Of a stretch of DNA of 64,000 nt, positions 53,195-64,000 are shown in pieces. Location: the NCBI GenBank assembly GCA_964016885.1, contig OZ024744.1:33046001-33110000 (forward strand). Reading direction: 5' to 3'. Position numbers and translations under genes: made by a program. This DNA is from Eledone cirrhosa. Its lineage: Eukaryota. Numbering within the stretch: the stretch's first letter is position 1; the number at the start of each line of letters is the position of its first letter. A model generated the notes under the pieces. The model made no database searches, was not told where the DNA came from, and worked only from the letters and a program-made list of their open reading frames with translations.

Positions 53195-54150
53195 GTCTGT
53201 CTGGGCGACTGGCACATCGAATGTGCTCAGGCGCTCACAGTACTCTAGCAAACGGACCCGGTGATCAGTGGAGACTCCACTTCGACATTCTATAGAGGGT
53301 TGGTCCGCAGCAAGTGCGACGACGCGCTCGGAGAAACTCTAGGCGTAGAGGAAGACGAACTGGACAGTCTGTTCGGTAGGACCTTCCGCCTGGGACCGAT
53401 GGACAACTTCCAAAAATCCCTGGCCTGGCAGTGCTACCGAGGATCTCTACCAGTTCGAAACAAGCTCTACGGACACGGGCGCCCGGGCAGGGATCCCTCG
53501 AAAAAGATCTGTCCGAGATGCGTGCGCGACGAGGAAACCGTCTCGCACGCATTGGTACACTGCCCGGGCGTCACTGAATCTGTGGGGCTATGTAGAACGA
53601 CTGCTGTCACGGGTGGGACCAATCCGGTTGACCACTGAGTCCATTGTAACGATCAAGCCGCCTCCCCCCTTCAAAAGTGAAGGAGAGGCGGTCTTCCTCT
53701 GTGTAATAGCCATGGTGAAAGAGGTGGTATGATGGACACGTTTGAAAGGGTTGAGGTCGGACACCTTTCTTTCCGGCCAACAACTGGTCCTTTTCTTTAA
53801 ATAACATTTTAAGAGAAGGATCAGAATGGAGAGAGAGGTGCTCCACCCCAGCAAGTTTTATGAAAGGTGGGTGAAAGTGGCGAGAATGGCCCGAGTGAAT
53901 GGGCCTTCTCTCTACCTCAGCCTGTAGGTGGAAAGGTGGAAGTGCAAAGGAGCACCCCCTCTCTGTGCTCCTAAGGAAAAGGGTTACACGCTTTTTCGGG
54001 GGTGTGTGTAACCCCCAAAACGCCTTCTCCCTATTGAGGACTGTATTGTTAATTTTATATTTGTTATTTGTTTTTTTTACTCGTTCCTTTATGTAAACTC
54101 CCCCCTTGTATTTGTCCCCTTCTTGTTTGCCCTCGTGGCAAATAAATAGA
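53195..54150 (+). mobile_element. Tx1/L1-clade LINE 3' fragment
   Basis: LAWQCYRGSLPVR, CPRC..DEETVSHALVHCP. Ends AATAAA followed by (TCTA/TCTG)n. Confidence 0.75.
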
Positions 54151-54267
54151 AACCTATCTATCTGTTTGTCTGTCTGTCTATCTATCTGTCTGTCTGTCTG
54201 TCTGTATATCTATCTGTCTGTCTGTCAGTCTATCTGTATATCTGTCTATCTGTCTATCTATCTGTCT

Positions 54268-54682
54268 GGTCCGTTTACTTCCGATATCATTTCGGAAGAA
54301 GGATCAGGATGGAGAGAGAGAGGTGCTCCACCCCAGCCGTTTCTATGAAAGATGGGTGAAAGTGGCGAGAATGGCCCGTGTGAATGGGCCTTCACTCTAC
54401 ATCAGACTATAGGTGAGAAAGATGAAAGACCAAGGGAGCACCCCTTCTCTGTGCTCCTGAGGAAAAGGGTTGCACACTTTTTTTCGGGGGGGTGTGCGAC
54501 CCCCCCCCCCCCCAGGCGCCTCCTCTCTATTGAGGATTTTGTTATAAATTTTATTCTGTTATATTTTATTTTATTTTTATATTTTGTTATTGCCTCCTCC
54601 TTATTGAGGACGCCTTGTTTTGTAAACTCCCCCCTTTGTACTTGTCCCACTTTTGATGCCCTGGTGGCAAATAAAAGAAACA
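54268..54682 (+). mobile_element. Second, shorter Tx1-like 3' end in tandem
   Basis: Diverged copy of ~53785-54150, again followed by (TCTA/TCTG)n. Confidence 0.75.
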
Positions 54683-56284
54683 TATCTATCTGTCTATCTG
54701 TATATCTATATTCTGTATGTTTGTCTCTCTATCTCTCTATCTGTCTGTCTCTCAGTCTGTCTGTCTGTCCGTTGGTCTATGTGTCTGTCTGTCTATCGGT
54801 CCGTCAGTCTGTCCGTCTAGCTGTCAGTCTATTTAATCGGGAAGTTAAATCTTTTGACTTTTAGCAATGGCATAATGTTTTGTTGCTGTTGTTGCTGTTG
54901 TTGTTGTTGTGGTTGTTGTTGTGGTTGTTGTTGTTGTGGTTGTGGTTGTGGTTATTGTGGTTGTGGTTGTGGTTGTGGTTGTTGTTGTTGTGGTTGTGGT
55001 TGTTGTTGTGGTTGTGGTTGTGGTTGTTGTTATTGTTGTTGTGGTTGTGGTTGTGGTTGTGGTTATTGTTGTTGTGGTTGTGGTTGTTGTTGTTGTGGTT
55101 GTGGTTGTTGTTGTAGTTGGTAGTTTTTTTTGTTATTTCAGTTGTTAATTTAAGTAAAATATAACCTAAGTGACTGAAAATAATAAGTTAGTATGACTAA
55201 AATATAATCCCAGTTACCAAAGAAGATATAGAACAAAAATAAAGTTTTAAAAAAGGTAAGATAAAACTGGAAAAAAAAAAAAAAAAAGAATTGGGTTTGT
55301 TATATTTATAACACGGTCATGTGTTGGATATTTCTATCTATCTGTAGAATAGGTTTGAAAATACATCAATCTGCTGATAGCTGTTAGGTTTAGATTTCAT
55401 GTCAGTGAGCGAAATCTTCTAATGGTACAGGTGTTTCAGAAGTTTTTTTGAACAGATTAACAAGCCATTCTTTTTATACGATCTCTTGATGTAAAAGAAG
55501 AGGGAACTTACATGTGTGATCGCGTGACATGCTAGATAGAGGTGCCAGATCTCTCTTAAATTAAGTCATATTATGTAAAGAATGGAAAGTATACATTTGG
55601 AGGTTATGGTCTTGAATACACTTTATCTAAAAGGCGGTGGATTGGCAAAGTCATTAGAATGTCGGATAGAATACTTTGCGATGATCGTTTCAAATCTTTG
55701 CTCTTTGAGTTCAACTTTGCCTTTCAGTCATTCGAAGTCGATAAAAAGTACCAGTCGAATACTGGTGTAAATTCTTCCTCTATATCTCTTTCTCACTCCC
55801 CTCTTCACAATTTCTATCATTATCTGGAAGAAATGTGCTGCGTTAAGACATGGAAAGGGATGGGCTGTGTTAAGACATGGAAAGGGATGCCCAAGAAACG
55901 CCACAAGGAGTTACGGGACCTTACTATATGCCTTTTAAAGAATAGAAAGGATGTATTTAAATGATATGGTACTAGATGAAATGTATCTAGAAAAAAAGAT
56001 GGGATGGTCATCTCTAGAATGCCTTTGACCATAGATTTACTACATTAAATATGACCTGCAGTTTAACAAAGCTGGTTACTCCAGTGGTCTCGACGATGAG
56101 CATTCCGTAGCTTGATCAATGTCAAATTTTATTGTACAAAGCTGTTTATACAAAAACAAAACACACTATTAAAGGGAAGAAAAGGAAAAGAAAAAAGGAA
56201 AATGAAAAGAAGAAAAATAAAAAAAATAATTAAGCAATGTAAGAAAGAGGGAGGGACAAGCTCTACACCACTGTCTGAGCGGCG

Positions 56285-56580
56285 TTTCAGTAGCTTCCAC
56301 CGGACAAAATTGTAAAGGCATTACCGTGGAGAATGATTAAAGAGACCCACTGTAACAGCCAGCCCAACTCAAGGATCTCCTTGCTCAAGCGGACTGATGT
56401 CTTTCCAACTTTGCGAAAGGAATCAGCAGCTCGGGGTCCAAGGACATCAGAGGTCTCAACGGAGACCGGTATAAAGGGGAAGTACGGTCAGGCCTCGGTA
56501 TTTAACCATCTTCTCTGCATTGCGGATAGCGAAGCCCGGGCTTGTTGAGAATGTATTGCACCACGTTGCGTCCCAAATTA
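56285..56580 (-). mobile_element. CRE-clade RLE 3' fragment
   Basis: Minus strand PVSVETSDVLGPRA...LGWLLQWVSLIILHGNAF. Confidence 0.65.
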
Positions 56581-57072
56581 GGGATTTGTCTCGCATAAGT
56601 AATTGAGTGTTCTACAGAAACATGGAAATTTAATGGAATTTTGAAGTTGAATACGTATGAAGATACGTAAAAAAATGTGGGGGGGGGGGCTTTAACTTGC
56701 AGGTAAAATTTAGAAAGAAAGAGAAAAATCAGAATGAAAAAAATCACCTTCAGGCCTGGAAGGTACTTAATTTATGAAACCACAAAGGATAAAATGCAAA
56801 TTTGACATGGCTTAGGTTTGAACTGTCGCCATACTACCTAATTGATAACTTGGCCAAGCAGAAACATAATGATGAAACGATCAATATGCATGCTGTTGTT
56901 GTTGTTAATATTTTAACTAATGTCTACCTAAACGATGTGTTCTAGCCATGAACAATTTTTTTTAGATATAGAGTATATATACTTGTCTCAACAGTGGCAC
57001 TTACTAAATTACACACACATACACGTTATGTATATGTACACACACACGCGCACACACACACATACATACGCG

Positions 57073-57161
<89 letters not shown>

Positions 57162-57204
57162 ATATATATATATATATATATATACATACATATATATATA
57201 TAAC

Positions 57205-57720
57205 TAGTAAAGGTGCAATCGGATTGTGATCACAGGTGGTATGCCAAGATGAGCACGCGATGCAACATCCACGAACTTTAAATCGAGGATGTACAACAGC
57301 CACACGAACTCTTTCAAAAACAGGACCAAGTGATACTCCACAAGACTACCCAGATCTAATCTGGAGGCTCAAGGATAACAATATAAACTTCAAACTCCAC
57401 TGGAGTATAGTCTAATAAGCGGCCCCATATTCCGTGGGTGGTAGCCATTGCATTGAGGTTAACCAAGCTTTGTTTTAATTCCACAATTTCTGCGGAAGCC
57501 ACAGGAATTGTAAAATTAAAACAAAGCTTGGTTAACCTCAAGTCTGAGATTATCATGGCATGCGGACACCACAGGAAATACACTTTTTCCTCATTTAATT
57601 TTTTCACGGAGGAATAAGGAGATAATCTACGTTTGCAACAGCCACAGACATGTCGGTTACCAGTGAACTGGGGTATCGTGATGGACCGGTTATACCCAGT
57701 GATCCAATATAACTTAGAAC
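57205..57720 (+). mobile_element. Decayed Naiad-type PLE GIY-YIG 3' fragment
   Basis: YNSHTNSF, LIWRLKDNNINFKLHWSIV, AAPY...C, KQSLVNLKSEIIMACGHHRKY. Preceded by (TA)n. Confidence 0.7.
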
Positions 57721-58949
57721 ATATGAGAGCGCACACACGCACACAGACATACGCATGCACTCACACGCATACATACACGCATAATCATATACAACCAAAG
57801 ATCCACACGCAAGGGAATGTGCCCCCACCCCCACCTACACAAGCATGTACACACAACCATAAGAAATATACACACGCACACACATAGAAAAGTACCCACT
57901 ATAAAAACGGAAACTCAAACCCACACTCCTTCACCAAAGAAAAACACACACAGTGCACAAAGGGGTAACATATCTCACAAACCCTAATCTATCCTTGTCT
58001 ATCTGGTATCAATATCATATACTACTATTATTATTATGTTGACGACGATAATGGTGGTAGTAATAATTTATTCAATTATATATTTCCTTATTTACTCATC
58101 CTCTCCTACAAATCCCTCTTATTTTATACTAATCTATTATTTCAGCTATCACTACTATCATTTTACATTAGGCTACTATATTAACTCTTTATTATTATTA
58201 TTGCAACTATTATTAGTAATATTATCATTATTGTTATCATGGCGGTGGCTTGGCAGTATCGGTAGAGCGTCGGACAACATACTTCGCAGCATAGAGTTAC
58301 GGCCCATTATGTTTTGAGTTCAAATCTGAGGTTAACTTTGCCTTTCATTCTTACAGGGTCGACACATTTGATATTTAATATACTATTATATCATCTCTAT
58401 GAGACCACAGCACCCGTGAGGCACCAGCGCCCACCAGGACCTTCTCAACACCCCTCGAGGGCGGTAGTGCCCACTTTGAGAAACTCTGATATAAACGAAA
58501 GAGAGGAGTTCAAACCAAAACAACCTCAGATTAAAGTAAATCCGGATAGCAGGAAACAATAAATATTAAAGTAAAACTAAATCAGAAACTTAAACTAAAC
58601 AATATTATTAGCGACATCACTAATATAGAGTTATTCAGAATAAAGGTGTATGGAAAAAAAACTTATATACAATACGTTTATGTATACATACATTTAATCT
58701 CATTAGGAGTATTTAAAACTGTGATTCTGTCAGAGCTATCTCAATAACAGAAGTAAGAGCATTGTGTGTGTGTGTGTGTATATATTTCAGGATTGTTACC
58801 CATCTTTAGTACACGTATGTCAAGATAACGGGACATGGAATATATGAGACTTACATAATGCAAAGTTGACTAAAAGTATTTATTACTGATATTACTAACA
58901 CAGCCTGGTTCACACGTAACATGTATATCAGCTAATATACAATGTTTAT

Positions 58950-59450
58950 GTCTTCTTCTTCTTCTTCTTCTTCTTCTTCTTCTTCTTCTTCTTCTTCTTC
59001 TTCTTCTTCGCTCTGTTATTCCTAGGAGTGTCGAGACATGCGTTTCCGAAGGTCCTGTCAAAAGCAACCGTCTCCAACTGATTCGGCTGGATCCAAAGAG
59101 ATCACATAGAACGCTGTCATATGCCTTTTCGAGTTCTACGAAACAAGCATACATATTTTGGCAATACTCCCACGATTTCTCAGATACCTGCAGCAGTGTG
59201 AATATTTCATTGACTATGCTACGCCTGGGGTGGAAATCATACTGTTCTTCAGTTATCTTGAACTCAATAATTTCCATACATCTCCTTGCTTGACTCTTTG
59301 TATAGTCTTTAATAGAGAGGCTTAACATAATAACTATAATTGGAGCAATAGCTCTTGTCTCCCATTTTGAAAATTCGGATTATCACTCCCGATTGCCACT
59401 GCTTAGGTGCCTTTCCAGGGATCCAGGCCAGTAGCTGTTACAAACTAGCG
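58950..59450 (-). mobile_element. Internally deleted Rex3/Expander RTE
   Basis: EEQYDFHPRRS..IFTLLQVSEKSWEY..ACFVELEKAYDSV fused directly to a 3' end with (GAA)n. Confidence 0.7.
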
Positions 59451-59529
59451 AACTCCAGCCGAGTGCTGTAACCATTGAACTAAGCAACATCAGACAACAT
59501 ATTACATCTGAATTAAGTTATATGAACAA

Positions 59530-59621
<92 letters not shown>

Positions 59622-59958
59622 TGTGTGTGTGTGTGTGTCTGTGTGTGTGTGTGTGCGTGTGTGTGTGTGTGTGTGAAAGAAATGACGGAAACAAGACAGA
59701 ATACAGAAAAATAAAAGGATATTAGTTTGATATTCAGAAGTGAAAGTCAGTCCATAATATTACAGGCTAAACCCCCCCCCACACACACACACCGTCATTG
59801 GATGGTAGGGATGGGAAGGGGGGTGTAGGTAAGTAGGTAAAAATTGAAAATAAGCAAAGATGACAATACGTGTGAAGATTATATCACTTTATTAAAGTCG
59901 AGTCACTGTCCTTTACTCACACACAAACGCACACACACACACATACACACACACACAT

Positions 59959-59993
<35 letters not shown>

Positions 59994-60601
59994 AACACGC
60001 ACACACATACACACACATATATATATATATATATATAGGGAGAGAGAGAAAGAGAGAGATGTAAAATCCCGACCGCAGCGCCAAGCGTTCAACAAGCCCT
60101 TTTCAATGATGTAGTAATATTTGTAGGGTGTAAGAAAATAGGCCACAGATCTTGGTGGTGCTTTGGTTGAGTTTATCGAAGTAGTAAACTGGTCAGATTT
60201 TTGAAGGCGTGAGGGGGTGGGGGGGTGCTTGACAGTGGTAAGTGTATCTGGACAGGTAAGGGGTCGAGAAGAAGTAGTATGGGTGGGCTAGGGTGGTAGT
60301 GGGTAGGAGTGGAGTTGGAAGTGAAGGGGGAATAATGGTCAAATGAATAAGGGTGGAGGGGTAAGGATATTTATAGATGGAGCTTATAGGCTGAAAGAGT
60401 GATTCTAAGTGAAGAATTAACACTAAAACGTGGGTTATATAGAAATAATACCCGCGGTTGAGATTTTACATACCTCTGTACCCACTCTGCATCTCCCTGC
60501 GCATCGAGTACTCCCATGATTAGTGGTTCCCTAGGTCTAAGCCCCGCAGGCTCTGTTTCTCTGTGTATATATGGGAAAAACAAGTATGAAATAATTATAT
60601 G

Positions 60602-60649
<48 letters not shown>

Positions 60650-60658
<9 letters not shown>

Positions 60659-60915
60659 GTGAGGTTTTTTTTACAAAATGAAAAATAACCGAGGTGTCCT
60701 ACACGAGTGGAAGTATAAAGAAAAAGAGATGGAATCGAAAATGCAACTGGAGTCTTATTTTTTTTTTAAATATATATATTTATTTGGTTCCTTTACCGGT
60801 TTCGCAGTTCTTCTGCTTTTCAAAAGGTGAGTTGAGATGGAGGGTCTGTGGTTTAAATATATATTATTTTTTTAAAAATAAGACTTCAGTTGCATTTTCG
60901 ATTTCATCTCTTTTT

Positions 60916-60920
<5 letters not shown>
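60650..60920. mobile_element. Small inverted PLE-terminus remnant with a degenerate hammerhead
   Basis: ~60716-60782 is the reverse complement of ~60855-60920. Minus 60790-60827 reads CCTT-TTGAAAA-GCAG/CTGC-GAA-ACCGGT-A-AAGG. Confidence 0.6.
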
Positions 60921-60975
<55 letters not shown>

Positions 60976-61094
60976 TATAAACGTTTGAATATGTATAATA
61001 AAGCCAAAACAATGCAGGTATGGACATAGAAAAAGAATGCAATTGCAAAAGATATTGTTGAAAAATCGTCTTTTACCTTAGATTTATTTAAATG

Positions 61095-61131
61095 TCCTTA
61101 ATTTTCGAGATAATATCTCTTCTTCAGAGGG
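61095..61131 (-). ncRNA. Minimal hammerhead-like motif
   Basis: CCT-CTGAAGA-A-GAGAT/ATCTC-GAA-AATT-A-AGG. Stem I is short but extendable past an internal loop. Confidence 0.45.
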
Positions 61132-61266
61132 AAATAAAGGTCTCAAACCAGCCTTCTAAATATCTTGCCAAGCCATACATATTGAGATCCTATATATATA
61201 TCTATATCTATATATATATATATAGGATCTCAATATGTATGTAGATCTCAATATGTATGTGTGTGT

Positions 61267-61439
<173 letters not shown>

Positions 61440-61689
61440 CTAGAACACTGATTAACCTCTAACAACCCAACTGCTAATAATATCTTTCAGACTATTCGGA
61501 CAATACAACTTACTCGGACCTGAAGATGAAATTCAGGCTGACAAATTCTCACCGGAATTATAAGAAGAAAATAATTTCAAATAGTCATAATTCATTTTCC
61601 AATGTGAATTAACTTTACAATGTTATATGAACAAAATTTAATGAATCTCACTCTGGCTTGTAAAACATACACTGGTTACAAAAGTACGG

Positions 61690-62185
61690 GTTATCTTGTA
61701 GCTTTGGTCATCAGGAGAATGCAAGTTGGTGTAAAAGCCAAAGTCGCTATTTTCAATTTGGTTTTTGTACCTGCACATAACTATGATTATGAATCTTGGG
61801 TAATGACCGAAAAATAGGATCGCGAATGCAAGCGGCCGAAATGTGGTTCCACCGAAGGGTCTGTAGATTAATGTTACTCGATGTAGTCCGGAGCTTGGAG
61901 ATCAAAGTAGAGCCACTACTTCTCCGAATTGAGAGATCACAGCTCCGATACTACAGACATGTGGTTAGAATGTCTCAGGAAACAATTGCTGGACAGACAA
62001 TACGGACAAAACCTAACAGCAAGGTATTCCGAGTTAGACTCTGAGAAAGATGGTTGCGTAACATCCTTGAGCTTAACTGGTCTCGCTTGGGGATCTAGCC
62101 GGATCAGTTGGACACAGTTGCTTCTGGCAGGAACCACTAGGAGGAGGATTTAAGGACTCTGCCTCCATGAAGGGGCGAAGAAGAA
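61690..62185 (+). mobile_element. Rex3/Expander RTE 3' fragment
   Basis: YESWVMTEK, RMQAAEMWFHRRV, VEPLLLRIERSQLRYYRHVVRM. Confidence 0.8.
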
Positions 62186-62668
62186 AAAGGATATTTCATC
62201 TGATTTGGGGAGAGGATGTTTTATAGCTATGATAACAATCGTTCCTGCGTTTGGAATATCTATGAATACACGATCGCATAGCTGATCTACCAGTTATACC
62301 ACAATACACACATACGTCCCCACACAAAAAATGGGGCCGACGTTTATATATATATAACTTTTCATCTCACATACCACAACAAAATTGTTTTTGGCATATC
62401 GCCAGTCTTGAAAGCACATCGATACTGGAGTCGGGTCCATAACTTCGATGGGATACCTAGAGCCAATCGTCTGTGAAACGCACGTAACAGGTCAATGCAG
62501 AATAACTATTTTTTTATATGTAAACGAAACTTATTCGGTTTTAATTCTATTATATATATACTGTATATATACATATATATCTATATGTGTGTTTGAGAGA
62601 GAGAGAGGGTGTGTATATATGCATGTATATATATTATATATATATGTATATATATATATATATAAATA

Positions 62669-62749
<81 letters not shown>

Positions 62750-62753
<4 letters not shown>

Positions 62754-63356
62754 AGATCAAAAGATGGTTAAAAGAGTTCCAAGTATTTTATTATGCGCAT
62801 TTCAAAAACAAATATCATCATGAGATGATATCTGCGTTTTCATCAACTTTTAATTTCAAATTCTTTTAAATTATCTTTTATCTTCCAACGGCTTTTTAAC
62901 TTCTCTCTGTGAGACAATATATATTTTTCTCAGTTGTAAAGGCTATCTCTCTCTGTCTATCACCCATCTCTCCTCTTCTCTCATCCTTCCTTCTTATACT
63001 CCCCCCCCACCATTCTTTACTCTCATTTCCTCCTCTTCCTTACCCTTTCCAACCCCCCCTCACTTTTTCCCAATATCACCCATCAATCTTAAATCATTTT
63101 TCATATGTTGATTTAAAACTTCACTATTCACAAGTGTTTTTTAACCTTCATATCATGTATCCCTATTTCATCTGATGAAAACGCAGATATCATCTCAGGA
63201 TGATATTTGTTTTTGAAATGCGCATAATAAAGTACTTGGAACTCTTTTAACCATCTTTTGATCTTATATTATTTATACTCCAGTCCTACAAACTGTAGAG
63301 TGCTACTTATCCGATATTTGCATTGCTTTATTGTGCTACAATAAAACTCACCTCCT

Positions 63357-63358
<2 letters not shown>
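62750..63358 (+). mobile_element. 'TGCGCA' hammerhead family, copy 3, with 5' inversion
   Basis: 62750-62845 is inverted relative to ~63173-63270. Hammerhead at 63164-63234 (+). Ends ...AAACTCACCTCCTAC. Flanked by (TA)n and (CA)n. Confidence 0.85.
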
Positions 63359-63403
<45 letters not shown>

Positions 63404-63501
63404 CATATATACATATATACACATATATGAGCGGAACAAGTAAACATTAAACAATCTTTTAAATAAATTAAAATACGATTTAAATATTTACATCTTCTAG
63501 T

Positions 63502-63565
63502 GCCATGACCGACGGTTTCGCTTATCAGAGAATTTCCAATGGAAAGGTATAGCTCTTCAGATAGC
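63502..63565 (-). ncRNA. Type I hammerhead ribozyme
   Basis: GCTAT/ATGGC stem I; CTGAAGA; GC..GC-closed stem II; GAA-ACC-GTC-GGT-C. Canonical GUC cleavage. Lies in a ~430-bp island between TA tracts. Confidence 0.8.
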
Positions 63566-63872
63566 TTTTCCAAACCTACTAGATATAAATCCACGTAGAT
63601 GTGGGTGTGTCGCTTTCTGCCCGGTGAATGAATCAAGCCGTTAAAATGACCACCACACAAATGGGCTGTTAGAAAGAGCGGGAATTATAGACTCGTTGAT
63701 ATTTCATGTTACTAGAAATAGCAGCATGATACAACATTTTTTCTCTACATTAAGGAGAATTCAGATAAATGACATAGATATTCCAGTAGGTATTAAGTAC
63801 CCACGGAAATATATATGGTGTCTATATTTCTCTCACATAAGATTATGTTGAACGCTTTATATATATATATAC

Positions 63873-63967
<95 letters not shown>

Positions 63968-64000
63968 GTAAACAGAAAAAACATAAATAACAAAACAAAC

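Noticed and set aside
54854-55123. Metallothionein-like Cys-rich ORF
   Set aside because: It is a (GTT/GGT)n microsatellite.
55836-55890. 27-bp direct duplication
   Set aside because: Only two copies, consistent with ordinary local slippage.
61508-61590. Hammerhead at CTGAAGA-TGAAATT...AATTTCA
   Set aside because: No GAAA after the stem and no convincing stem I.

Overview
AT-rich, microsatellite-saturated eukaryotic DNA whose repeat content is typical of a coleoid cephalopod (Octopus-like; inference). No host protein-coding gene can be supported, and most ORF-track entries are translations of simple repeats. The window is a retroelement graveyard. It holds three large Penelope-like elements (PLEs) of Naiad type (YRDD RT plus C-terminal CxC..CP..C/GIY-YIG), two further PLE fragments, and fragments of RTE, Rex3/Expander, R4/Dong, CRE, Tx1/L1 and CR1 LINEs. 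It also holds tRNA-derived SINEs, a hAT MITE with a nested Helitron, a mariner MITE and a 1.2-kb foldback element. Most notable: (i) about 16 type I hammerhead ribozyme motifs (some degenerate or partial) from about 9 unrelated sequence families, including one with a ~116-nt stem II and a 492-bp retrozyme-like tandem unit; (ii) a 2.4-kb 12-bp satellite that arose from inside a PLE ORF; (iii) PLEs that appear to carry microsatellite DNA internally, and several retroelement clades each sitting in a different microsatellite. All folds and alignments were done by eye, and coordinates of decayed fragments are approximate.
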